A model generated the notes under the pieces. The model saw only the letters and a list, made by a program, of their open reading frames with translations. It was not told where the DNA came from and made no database searches. Both the position numbers and the translations under genes were made by a program. Positions 20,125-28,964 of a DNA stretch of 58,693 nt are shown here, piece after piece. Position 1 is the first letter of the stretch. The number at the start of each line of letters is the position of its first letter. The DNA is from an uncultured Acetatifactor sp. GTDB lineage: Bacteria; Bacillota; Clostridia; Lachnospirales; Lachnospiraceae. The DNA is taken from positions 1 through 58,693 of the forward strand of contig CAZHEM010000001.1 of NCBI GenBank assembly GCA_964531725.1, read 5' to 3'.

Positions 20125-20220
20125 ATCATACTGTAATTTAAATCAAAAAACCATAACGTATTCGGTGCCACCATCGGCACCGAATACGTTATGGTTTTTA
20201 CTTTTCAAAATTGCTATAAT
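20125..20220. promoter_or_regulatory. Symmetric divergent promoter pair around a perfect 24-bp inverted repeat
   Basis: Arms AAAAACCATAACGTATTCGGTGCC (20146-20169) and its exact reverse complement (20176-20199), 6-bp spacer. Minus-strand -10 TATGAT (20130-20125) and plus-strand TGnTATAAT (20212-20220) are equidistant from the centre. Confidence 0.75.
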
Positions 20221-20258
20221 ACCTATTAATTAAAATACAAAAAAGGAGAATTCATGCC

Positions 20259-20396
20259 ATGAATAAAAAAATTTTCACTCTATTCCTTACTTTAGTTCTT
20301 ACACTTACTACCACCACTATAGATACATCCAATTCAGCCAATACACCTGTTGAAAATCCCATCGACATTCATTGTTTTTTAGAACCTCCATTTTAA
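20259..20396 (+). CDS. 45-aa secreted peptide, putative signalling propeptide
   Basis: SD AAGGAG (20243-20248); MNKKIFTLFLTLVLTLTTTTIDTSNSANTPVENPIDIHCFLEPPF*; own extended -10 upstream and terminator 6 bp downstream. Below the ORF-track size cutoff. Confidence 0.8.
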   Translation: MNKKIFTLFLTLVLTLTTTTIDTSNSANTPVENPIDIHCFLEPPF

Positions 20397-20401
20397 AAGT
20401 C

Positions 20402-20448
20402 AAAGGAATCGCAAGGATAGACTCTTCTATCTTTGCGATTCCTTTTTT
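20402..20448. terminator. Bidirectional terminator between the peptide gene and the convergent regulator
   Basis: AAAGGAATCGCAAGGATAG-actctt-CTATCTTTGCGATTCCTTT followed by T-run. Confidence 0.85.
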
Positions 20449-21376
20449 ATTTCCCAAAATTTTCTGTATAATACTTTTCAATCATCTGGAGATTATTCTT
20501 ATTTTCAGGATATATATCGCACAAAAGCATCGCTAGCCATATGTAACATTGTGCACTTTTCTTCATAACATCTTTTTCTAATTCCACTTCAATCTTTTTC
20601 ATAATGTTCCAACCAATATTAAAGTAAAAATTATAAAGAAGGTTGCTTTTATTATAAAACAGCAACCATTGAATACCTTTTTTGCATATTTCAATGCTTT
20701 CATCATATCGTTCTAATAATCCTAAGAAGTTAGAATAATTTACCAAACATATATATCTCGGTTTGTAATCATTAATCACTACTTTCGGCTGATAATATTC
20801 CTCTATATTTTCATGTAGATGTATTGCAAGTTCTTTTTTCCCCATTTCCCAATACAACAATGCAATATTATTAATCAAGAGCACCTCTGTTTCTGTAAAT
20901 AGTCTATACACATGAAAATGTTCTTCATTATACTCTGGAAATGTAATCTTAAGGGCTTCTATCAGTCCTGCTAACATTTCCTCGCTATCTATCTCGCCCT
21001 TTCTATAAGACATATTTAATTCAATACGTTGTACATATTGTCTATTTTCAGGAGTATCGGGATCAAATTTTTCATCCGCCTTTACAAGTTCCAATTCTTC
21101 CCTTGCAACATCGAATTCCTTTCGCTCAAATGCATACAATATGTTTTTCATTCTATGTTCTACCGTTCCATCATGAATCGGCAATACATATTGTTCTCCC
21201 GACATACCCATTTTTAACATAAGCTGCTCAAATTTATCGTCTGTTGGTTCCAGTTTCCCACTTTCATAACGCGCAAGCGTCACGGGATCGCAGATATTCT
21301 CCGCCAATTGCTCTTGTGTCATTCCACTATATTTTCGCGTGTATTTTAAGATTGCTGCTTTACTGTGTTCTCCCAT
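20447..21376 (-). CDS. XRE-HTH plus TPR-like transcriptional regulator (RRNPP-type)
   Basis: 'GMTQEQLAENICDPVTLARYESG' HTH, then all-helical TPR-like region (LINNIALLY, NYSNFLG...YDESIEICKKGI, YFNIG). Confidence 0.8.
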   Translation of the reverse strand: MGEHSKAAILKYTRKYSGMTQEQLAENICDPVTLARYESGKLEPTDDKFEQLMLKMGMSGEQYVLPIHDGTVEHRMKNILYAFERKEFDVAREELELVKADEKFDPDTPENRQYVQRIELNMSYRKGEIDSEEMLAGLIEALKITFPEYNEEHFHVYRLFTETEVLLINNIALLYWEMGKKELAIHLHENIEEYYQPKVVINDYKPRYICLVNYSNFLGLLERYDESIEICKKGIQWLLFYNKSNLLYNFYFNIGWNIMKKIEVELEKDVMKKSAQCYIWLAMLLCDIYPENKNNLQMIEKYYTENFGK

Positions 21377-22239
21377 AATGTAATTCCTTCCCCTGGTATT
21401 TCTCCATTTTTTTTACTCATATTAATTAATTTGATAGCCAATAACTTATCTTCCGCTTCTGTGATTCCTAGTTGTTTCTTTAATTCCAACACTCTTTCCA
21501 AGCCACTCAGTCGATATTCTTTCAACAAAAAGCGTTCTGCCTCTCCCAGATATCCCACTGCCAAGGTTTCTTTTCCTTTTTCCTTCTGCTCAACCGCTTT
21601 CCAATACATGATATCTGAGTAATATTGAATTCTCATCTCATTATCTGCATCCAAGGTATTTAGATACTCTTCTATCTGGGCGAACATCGAAAAAGCCTTT
21701 TCCTGTTTGGAAAGGTAGTAACAGATTTCCGCAATCTCGTAAACATCCTCTAACTCAATATATGATAATCGCTTATCTCCCATCTCGGTATCTATAATAC
21801 TCTGACGCCTTGTATATCTCAGTGCCTCAATCAATAAGGGATATGCTTCCTTATACAATCCTTTTATCTTTAATAGCTCTCCGCGTTTCGTATATATGTA
21901 TTGCCAGTGAAGTTTTTCCTTCTCGCCAATTGCACGAGAATAAGTTTCCAGCAATCCTTCCACCTCTTCATATTCCAATCGTCTCATCTTATCTTCAATC
22001 TGAAAACGATATTGACTTAATTCATATTCTTCATCTGATGAGATGAATTCCAAACGTGCTGCATTTTTTCCCAATCGTTCCAATAGGGAATCTATAACAA
22101 ATTTATTTGGAATTCTCTCGTTTTTCTCATATCGTTCCAACGCTGTTTTGCTGCATATCCCCTCAGCCAGTTGGTTTCTGGATACTCCACACTTTTTCCT
22201 CAGTTCTCTCAATAATTCCCCAATTGTTTTTTCTTTCAA
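21346..22239 (-). CDS. XRE-HTH plus TPR-like transcriptional regulator (RRNPP-type)
   Basis: 'IGELLRELRKKCGVSRNQLAEGICSKTALERYEKNERIP...LLERLG' HTH; helical repeat C-terminal region; overlaps the downstream regulator by 31 bp. Confidence 0.8.
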   Translation of the reverse strand: MKEKTIGELLRELRKKCGVSRNQLAEGICSKTALERYEKNERIPNKFVIDSLLERLGKNAARLEFISSDEEYELSQYRFQIEDKMRRLEYEEVEGLLETYSRAIGEKEKLHWQYIYTKRGELLKIKGLYKEAYPLLIEALRYTRRQSIIDTEMGDKRLSYIELEDVYEIAEICYYLSKQEKAFSMFAQIEEYLNTLDADNEMRIQYYSDIMYWKAVEQKEKGKETLAVGYLGEAERFLLKEYRLSGLERVLELKKQLGITEAEDKLLAIKLINMSKKNGEIPGEGITLWENTVKQQS

Positions 22240-22332
22240 TTCTGTTCCTCCACTACACGTTTCTTTTGCTACAAGAGAAGTTTTTCTCTTCTTTGCCCAC
22301 TCATATACTATACCACATTTCCCCAGAAATAA

Positions 22333-22378
22333 AAACAGCTCCTCCCGCTAGAATCCTCTAACGAAAGGAGCCGTTGTT
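22333..22378 (-). terminator. Imperfect terminator hairpin after transketolase
   Basis: AACAGCTCCT...AGGAGCCGTT stem; A-run on the plus-strand 5' side. Confidence 0.55.
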
Positions 22379-22403
22379 CACTTATATAAATGCTTATCTA
22401 GAA

Positions 22404-23342
22404 TTACATGAATTCCTTAACTGACTTGTACACGCCCTCAGCATCTAAGCCGTACTTCTGAACCAAAGCGGCTGCAGAACCTGACTCGCCGAATACATCG
22501 TACATACCGATTTTCTTCACTGGAGTAGGAAGCTTCTCGCTTAAGCAATCACATACTGCACTGCCAAGGCCACCGATTACAGAATGCTCTTCTACAGTTA
22601 CAACCTTGCCAGTCTTCTTAGCACTGTTAATGATGATGTCTTCATCTAATGGCTTGATGGTACAGATGTTTACTACTTCTGCGCTGATACCATCTGCAGA
22701 CAGCTTTTCTGCTGCACCAAGTGCGGAATCTACACAGATACCAGTTGCTACAATAGTTACGTCGCTACCTTCGCGAACTACAGTACCTTTGCCGATCTCA
22801 AACTTGTAGTCTGGCTTGTCATTGATTACAGGCACTGCTGCACGTCCGAAACGGATGTATACAGGACCTTCGTATTCTAATGCTGCGCGAACTGCTGCTC
22901 TTGCTTCTACATCATCAGAAGGGCACATAACAACCATTCCTGGAATGGTTCTCATAAGTGCGATATCTTCGTTACACTGATGAGTTGCACCATCTTCACC
23001 TACAGTGATACCTGCATGGGTAGCACCGATTTTTACATTCAAATGAGGATAACCGATAGAGTTACGAACCTGCTCATAAGCACGTCCTGCAGCAAACATT
23101 GCAAAGGAACTTACGAAAGGAATCTTACCTACCAAAGATAAACCTGCCGCAATACCCATCATGTTACATTCTGCGATACCGCAGTCAATGTGACGGTCTG
23201 GATAAGCTTTCTTGAAGATACCTGTCTTGGTTGCAGCTGCAAGGTCAGCATCTAATACTACTAATTCTGGGAACTCTTCTGCCAATTCCTTTAAGGCATT
23301 ACCGTAACTTTCTCTGGTTGCGATTTTCTTAACATCTGCCAT
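22404..23342 (-). CDS. tkt: Transketolase, C-terminal subunit
   Basis: DADLAAAT, GIAECNM, GEDGATHQ, TVEEHSVIGGLG. Confidence 0.95.
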   Translation of the reverse strand: MADVKKIATRESYGNALKELAEEFPELVVLDADLAAATKTGIFKKAYPDRHIDCGIAECNMMGIAAGLSLVGKIPFVSSFAMFAAGRAYEQVRNSIGYPHLNVKIGATHAGITVGEDGATHQCNEDIALMRTIPGMVVMCPSDDVEARAAVRAALEYEGPVYIRFGRAAVPVINDKPDYKFEIGKGTVVREGSDVTIVATGICVDSALGAAEKLSADGISAEVVNICTIKPLDEDIIINSAKKTGKVVTVEEHSVIGGLGSAVCDCLSEKLPTPVKKIGMYDVFGESGSAAALVQKYGLDAEGVYKSVKEFM

Positions 23343-24184
23343 TATGCTTCACCTGCTTTCTCTAATTCTGCACCGATTTTCTCCAAATCAGCCATTGCTA
23401 CTGCGTACTCGTCATCGTTAGGAGCTTTACCATGCCAATCAGCATCACCTTCCATGAAGGATACACCTTTACCCTTCAAGCTGTGAAGTATGATACAAGT
23501 AGGCATGCCCTTTGTCTCTCTAGCTTCCTTGAAAGCAGCACGTAATGCATCAAAATCATGAGCATCTACGTTGATTACGTGGAAGTTGAATGCCTCAAAC
23601 TTTTTATCAATAGGATATGGTGAACATACCTGATCAATAGGTCCATCAATCTGAAGCCCATTGTTATCTACGATTACACAGAGATTGTCAAGCTTACGGT
23701 GACCTGCGAACATAGCAGCCTCCCATACCTGACCTTCCTGAATCTCGCCATCACCTAATAAGGTATATACGCGGAAATCTTTGCCGTTCATTCTCGCGCC
23801 TAAAGCCATACCTACAGCAGCGGAGATACCCTGTCCCAATGAACCAGAAGACATATCAACACCTGGAATGTGAATACATGGATGTCCCTGTAGATATGAA
23901 CCTAACTTTCTAAGTGTAGTCAAATCCTCTACTGGGAAAAATCCTCTATTTGCCAAAGTAGAGTAAAGACCTGGAGCGGTATGACCTTTTGATAATACGA
24001 AACGGTCTCTGTCCTCCATCTGTGGATTCTTAGGGTCAATATTCATCTCTTCAAAATAAAGAAATGTATACGCATCTGCTGCGGAAAGGGAACCACCTGG
24101 ATGTCCTGCCTTTGCACTGTGAACTGCGGTTACAATGCCTTTGCGAACTTCATTCGCGCGTTTTTGCAGTTCTAAATTGTTCAT
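23342..24184 (-). CDS. tkt: Transketolase, N-terminal (ThDP-binding) subunit
   Basis: GHPGGSLS, DRFVLSKGH, GSLGQG, GDGEIQEG, WHG. Start at ATG 24184 (SD GGAGG). Confidence 0.95.
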   Translation of the reverse strand: MNNLELQKRANEVRKGIVTAVHSAKAGHPGGSLSAADAYTFLYFEEMNIDPKNPQMEDRDRFVLSKGHTAPGLYSTLANRGFFPVEDLTTLRKLGSYLQGHPCIHIPGVDMSSGSLGQGISAAVGMALGARMNGKDFRVYTLLGDGEIQEGQVWEAAMFAGHRKLDNLCVIVDNNGLQIDGPIDQVCSPYPIDKKFEAFNFHVINVDAHDFDALRAAFKEARETKGMPTCIILHSLKGKGVSFMEGDADWHGKAPNDDEYAVAMADLEKIGAELEKAGEA

Positions 24185-24334
24185 CGTCTCCTCCATTCTG
24201 CCGTTTTGTACGGCTATCGCTTTTATCATCGACATTATACTAGCATAGTTCCTCATTCACGTCTAGTGACGAGGTATCTGTATTTCTTCCAAAATTTACA
24301 CCTTTTTTGGTCAATTTTAGTGAAATCGAGAAAA

Positions 24335-25036
24335 TTATTGTTCACTCTGACCATAGTAAGCATTTGCTCCATGCTTACGGTAGTAATGCTTATCCATCAA
24401 CTCCTGTGGAGCTGGATTTGCGTGACAGTTGATGGTCTCAACACGGTAAGCCATCTTCGCAACTTCTTCCAATACTACAGCGTTGTGCACGGCCTCTTTT
24501 GCATCTTTACCCCAAGTAAAAGGTCCATGATTCTTGCAAAGTACTGCTGGTACTGCCATTGGCTCTTTTCTCATACGCATGAATTCGTTCACGATAAGGT
24601 GTCCTGTATTCTCTTCGTATGCTTTCTCAATCTCATCTGCGGTTAAGCAACGCAAGCATGGAACTGGTCCATAGATGTAGTCTGCATGGGTAGTTCCGTA
24701 GCAAGGAATATCTCTTCCTGCCTGTGCCCAGCTGGTTGCATAGGAAGAATGGGTATGTACTACACCACCGATTTCGGTAAATGCTTTGTACAGTTCAATA
24801 TGGGTTGCAGTATCAGAAGATGGTTTGTATCTGCCTTCTACGACTTTACCAGTAAGGTCTACTACTACCATGTCTTCTGGGGTTAATTTGTCATATTCTA
24901 CGCCACTTGGTTTGATAACGATAAGGCCGCTTTCTCTGTCGATGGCACTTACGTTGCCCCAAGTAAAGGTTACGAGACCATACTTAGGGAGCTCCATATT
25001 GGCTTCATATACTACCTGTTTTAATTCTTCTAACAT
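24335..25036 (-). CDS. araD: L-ribulose-5-phosphate 4-epimerase
   Basis: [44 protein letters not shown]. Confidence 0.97.
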   Translation of the reverse strand: MLEELKQVVYEANMELPKYGLVTFTWGNVSAIDRESGLIVIKPSGVEYDKLTPEDMVVVDLTGKVVEGRYKPSSDTATHIELYKAFTEIGGVVHTHSSYATSWAQAGRDIPCYGTTHADYIYGPVPCLRCLTADEIEKAYEENTGHLIVNEFMRMRKEPMAVPAVLCKNHGPFTWGKDAKEAVHNAVVLEEVAKMAYRVETINCHANPAPQELMDKHYYRKHGANAYYGQSEQ

Positions 25037-25081
25037 TGGCTTTCCTCCTTTTTAGGTTGTTGTATCATAGTGGAATGTTCC

Positions 25082-25290
25082 GCCCCTGTCTTCCTGTCAT
25101 TCTCATTCAGACGCGCTTTCGCTCGGGTCGTGACGTAGTGGTACTAAGCTCGAGAACGGAATAAATTCCGTCCTGACCTCGCTAAGTACCAACGTCACTT
25201 TACGGTCTTCATGAGAACAACAGGAATCACGGGGCTGCATTATCGTCACAAGTCATATCTCGCATTGCTTCGCTTGCTCCATATGACTTG
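25082..25290. repeat. Intergenic fold-back element (154-bp nested hairpin plus a second hairpin)
   Basis: Nested pairs GCCCC/GGGGC, TTCCTGT/ACAGGAA, TTCTCAT/ATGAGAA, GTGACGT/ACGTCAC, GGTACT/AGTACC, apex ACGGAAT-AA-ATTCCGT; then CAAGTCATAT/ATATGACTTG (25249-25290). Confidence 0.75.
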
Positions 25291-25319
25291 GCTATAGTTC
25301 ATCACTCAGTTAAAGCAAC

Positions 25320-26918
25320 TTATCTTAGACCTTGTATAGCAGCTCTCTCTGCTGGTAAAGTTGCTTTATATTTCTCTAAGAATGCATCAAAGCCTGCCAC
25401 ATCATCTGCTTTTGGCTCGATGGTGCTGCCAGTCTGTCCTGCAAAAATCTTGTTGTTTAAGTAGTCTGATAATGATTCGTCTGCTGCCTTTTCCTGCATA
25501 TAGGCTGCAAGAATTGCCATACCCCAAGCACCGCCTTCACTAGCAGTATCCATAACGGTAACAGGTGCGTTCATGGCTGCTGCCATAACCTGCTGACCTA
25601 CTACTGGGGTTTTGAAGAATCCACCGTGGCCCATCATAACGTCTACGGATACTTGTTCTTCTTTTGCGAGGATATCCAAACCAATCTTCAAGGTTGCCAA
25701 AGCACTGTAGAGGTGGCTTCTCATAAAGTTTGCAAGAGTAAATTTCGCATCTGGTGTTCTGACAAACATTGGTCTACCTTCCTCAGCACCGGCAATTGGC
25801 TCCCCTGAGAAGAAGTTGTATGCTAATAATCCACCGCAATCAGTATCGCCAGTTAAGGCATTGCGATACAAGGTTCCATATAAATCATTTTTATCAATGT
25901 TCATGCCAAAGGTCTTAGCAAATTCATCAAAGAGATTTACCCATGCGTTTAAGTCAGAGGTACAGTTATTGCAATGTACCATTGCCACTGGCATACCGTC
26001 TGGTGTGGTAACCATGTCGATTTCTTCATGAACAGCTTTCATAGCTTTCTCTAATACGACCATAGCGAATACAGAGGTACCTGCTGATACATTACCAGTA
26101 CGAACACCTACGCTGTTGGTAGCCACCATACCAGTTCCAGCATCACCTTCTGGAGGACACATAGGAATGCCTACCTGTAAGTTACCACTTGGATCTAATA
26201 ATTTAGCACCTTCTGCAGTAAGTGCACCTGCATTCTCACCTGCATTCAATACCTTAGGTAAGATATCTCCTAATTTCCAAGCGTATCCCTTATCTGCGAT
26301 AAGCTCATCAAACTGAGCTACCATCTTGGCATCGAAATCACCCTTGGTAGAGTCGATTGGGAACATACCCGATGCTTCACCAACACCTAATACTTTTTCG
26401 CCAGATAATTTCCAGTGAATATATCCTGCCAAAGTAGTGAAGAAGGTAATCTTACTTACATGCTCTTCTCCACTGAGAATTGCCTGATACAAATGTGCAA
26501 TACTCCATCTCTGTGGAATATTGAAATTAAATACTGGCACTAACTTCTTGCAAGCTTCCTCGGTCATGGTATTTCTCCATGTACGGAATGGCACCAAAAG
26601 CTCCTCCTTCTCATCAAATGCCATATATCCATGCATCATGCCACTGAAACCGATGCTTCCAATCTTTGTTAAAGTAATCCCATATTTATTCTGAACTTCA
26701 TCTGCAAGACTCTTATAACATCCCTGCAAACCATTCCAAATATCATCCAAACTATAAGTCCAAACACCATTCTCAAGACGATTCTCCCAATCATGAGTTC
26801 CCATCGCGATAGGAGCGTGTGTCTTATCTACAAGAACAGCCTTAATACGTGTAGAACCAAACTCGATTCCCAACGCAGTCTCGCCATTCAAGATTGCATT
26901 CTTAATTACTTCGCTCAT
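25320..26918 (-). CDS. araB: FGGY family carbohydrate kinase, probable L-ribulokinase
   Basis: [36 protein letters not shown]; lies between araA and araD. Confidence 0.85.
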   Translation of the reverse strand: MSEVIKNAILNGETALGIEFGSTRIKAVLVDKTHAPIAMGTHDWENRLENGVWTYSLDDIWNGLQGCYKSLADEVQNKYGITLTKIGSIGFSGMMHGYMAFDEKEELLVPFRTWRNTMTEEACKKLVPVFNFNIPQRWSIAHLYQAILSGEEHVSKITFFTTLAGYIHWKLSGEKVLGVGEASGMFPIDSTKGDFDAKMVAQFDELIADKGYAWKLGDILPKVLNAGENAGALTAEGAKLLDPSGNLQVGIPMCPPEGDAGTGMVATNSVGVRTGNVSAGTSVFAMVVLEKAMKAVHEEIDMVTTPDGMPVAMVHCNNCTSDLNAWVNLFDEFAKTFGMNIDKNDLYGTLYRNALTGDTDCGGLLAYNFFSGEPIAGAEEGRPMFVRTPDAKFTLANFMRSHLYSALATLKIGLDILAKEEQVSVDVMMGHGGFFKTPVVGQQVMAAAMNAPVTVMDTASEGGAWGMAILAAYMQEKAADESLSDYLNNKIFAGQTGSTIEPKADDVAGFDAFLEKYKATLPAERAAIQGLR

Positions 26919-27108
26919 TCTATACCTCCAATATACTTCTCAATTATTTTTAGTCCATAACCAACTTAGCTTCCTAAGTCTTCATACCAAGCAATTATCG
27001 ACTAAGTACTCTAATCCTTCATGCCAAGCGGTTTGTCGCTTGACCCCTTATGTACACCTTTCAAGCAAGACGGTTTACTCGTCTTGCCCCTATACAGTCA
27101 AAACGTAA

Positions 27109-27397
27109 GTTGTCAAAAGGCGTTCACAGCCTTCCTGGGTCGGAAGGTGCAGGCAGTATTTTTCTGAACGTTACGAAGGATTTTAGTAACTCTTATGTTC
27201 TGCCTGAATACCCAGCACTATTTCCCCATGGACGGGGAAATAAGGGGCACTGAGCACGGATGCGAATTGCCCCGTGTGCGTTCGTCACCAATCTCTTTCG
27301 CAGAACATATAGAGTTACTTAAGCCGTAGTTCCGAGAAGAAAAATACTACCTACTCCTCTCCGACCCCTTCCAACATCTATCCCGCCTTTTGACAAC
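27109..27397. repeat. 289-bp intergenic fold-back element with 14-bp terminal inverted repeats
   Basis: GTTGTCAAAAGGCG (27109-27122) / CGCCTTTTGACAAC (27384-27397); nested GGGTCGGA/TCCGACCC, AGTATTTTTCT/AGAAAAATACT, AGTAACTCT/AGAGTTACT, TATGTTCTGC/GCAGAACATA; inner hairpins. Confidence 0.8.
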
Positions 27398-27405
27398 GTC
27401 CCATT

Positions 27406-28902
27406 CTACTTATAGTAAACAGAATTCCATCTAAGTTCGTTCTTAAGTGCAGGAATAGTAGTGTTCTTGTCGATAACCACACTCTCAATACCCATTGCAT
27501 CTGCCCAGTCAACCATCTGCTGTACGCTTAAGTCGTAAGAGAATGCAGTATGATGTGCACCACCTGCAAGAATCCAAGCTTCTGCACCTACTTCAAGGTT
27601 AGGCTGTGGAGTCCAGAATGCAGTTGCTACTGGAAGCTTAGGCATTGGTTTCTCACATTTCTTACAATCAACAGCATTGATTAAGAGACGGAAACGATTA
27701 CCCATATCTACAAGAGAGGTTGCTACACCTTCGCCAGTCTTGCTGGTGAATACCAATCTAGCAGGATCTTCGCGGTTACCCATAGACAATGGGTTAACCT
27801 TGATACCGATAGGTCCTTCTGCGATGGTAGGACATACCTCAAGCATGTGCGCCTGTAAGATACCCTCTTTTCCAGGTACAAAGTTGTAAGTGTAGTCTTC
27901 CATGAAGGAGGTTCCCTTAGCACCTTCCATACCCTGAGTCATAATCTTCATCAAACGAACCATAGCAGCGGTCTTCCAGTCACCTTCGCCACCGAAGCCA
28001 TAGCCTTTTTCCATCAATCTCTGGATAGCAAGACCTGGAAGCTGTTTTAAGCCACCAAGCATACCAAAGTGAGTTACGATTGCATGATAATCGCCATCCT
28101 CTAAGAACTTCTCAAGACCAAGCTCAATCTGTGCCTGAACTGCTACATGTTTCTTGAATTCATCTGCATCTCTTCCCTCAAGAAGAATCTCATATTTGCT
28201 ATAATATTCATCTACTAATGCATCAACTGCGCCCTTGCTTACTGCATCTACATACTCTACTGCATCATTTACATTGTAATGGTCGATTTCCCAACCAAAT
28301 TTAATCTGAGCTTCAACCTTGTCACCTTCGGTTACTGCTACGTTGTTCATGTTGTCACCGATACGGCATACACGGATGTGTGAAGACTCCATAACACCAA
28401 CTGCGGTACGCATCCAACCAGCAAGCTTGGTAGCTACGCTTTCGCTTGCCCAGTGTCCTACGATTACCTTACGCTCGATGCCCATACGGCTTACGATGTG
28501 ACCATATTCTCTATCGCCGTGAGCTGACTGGTTCTCGTTCATGAAATCCATGTCAATGCTGTCATAAGGAATCTCTTCGTTGAACTGTGTATGTAAGTGG
28601 CAAAGTGGTTTGTGATATTCCTGTAAACCTATAATCCACATTTTAGCTGGTGAGAAGGTATGCATCCATGTAATAACACCTGCACAGTTCTCATCATTGT
28701 TAGCTTCGTTAAAAGTACGGCGAATAGATGCCTGATCAATCAAAGTTGGCTTCCATACGATTTCATATGGGAACTTGCCAGTTGCATTAAGTCCCTCTAC
28801 AATTTTCTTAGAGTGGTCTGCTACATTGCGCAAACACTCATCTCCATATAAATCCTGTGAACCGGTACAGAACCAAAACTGATACTTTTTCATTGCTTTC
28901 AT
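27406..28902 (-). CDS. araA: L-arabinose isomerase
   Basis: GSQDLYG, WMHTFSPAKMW, NQSAHGDRE, GEGDWK, FMEDY, HMLEVCP, GGAHH. Start at ATG 28902 (SD GGAGG). Confidence 0.98.
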   Translation of the reverse strand: MKAMKKYQFWFCTGSQDLYGDECLRNVADHSKKIVEGLNATGKFPYEIVWKPTLIDQASIRRTFNEANNDENCAGVITWMHTFSPAKMWIIGLQEYHKPLCHLHTQFNEEIPYDSIDMDFMNENQSAHGDREYGHIVSRMGIERKVIVGHWASESVATKLAGWMRTAVGVMESSHIRVCRIGDNMNNVAVTEGDKVEAQIKFGWEIDHYNVNDAVEYVDAVSKGAVDALVDEYYSKYEILLEGRDADEFKKHVAVQAQIELGLEKFLEDGDYHAIVTHFGMLGGLKQLPGLAIQRLMEKGYGFGGEGDWKTAAMVRLMKIMTQGMEGAKGTSFMEDYTYNFVPGKEGILQAHMLEVCPTIAEGPIGIKVNPLSMGNREDPARLVFTSKTGEGVATSLVDMGNRFRLLINAVDCKKCEKPMPKLPVATAFWTPQPNLEVGAEAWILAGGAHHTAFSYDLSVQQMVDWADAMGIESVVIDKNTTIPALKNELRWNSVYYK

Positions 28903-28964
28903 TTCATAGCCCTCCATAAATACATTTTGTTTATTATTTGACCCATTAAGTAGCTTATCTTCCT

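Noticed and set aside
20146-20199. The 24-bp inverted repeat read as a terminator
   Set aside because: It has T-runs, but it lies between divergent gene starts where no transcript ends, and it is symmetric with both -10 boxes.
20254-20262. Mini-ORF ATG-CCA-TGA overlapping the peptide start
   Set aside because: Only two codons; it cannot be distinguished from chance, although it shares the SD.
27050-27253. 67-aa plus-strand ORF in the araA-kinase gap
   Set aside because: No clear SD, antisense to the operon, and it overlaps the fold-back element.
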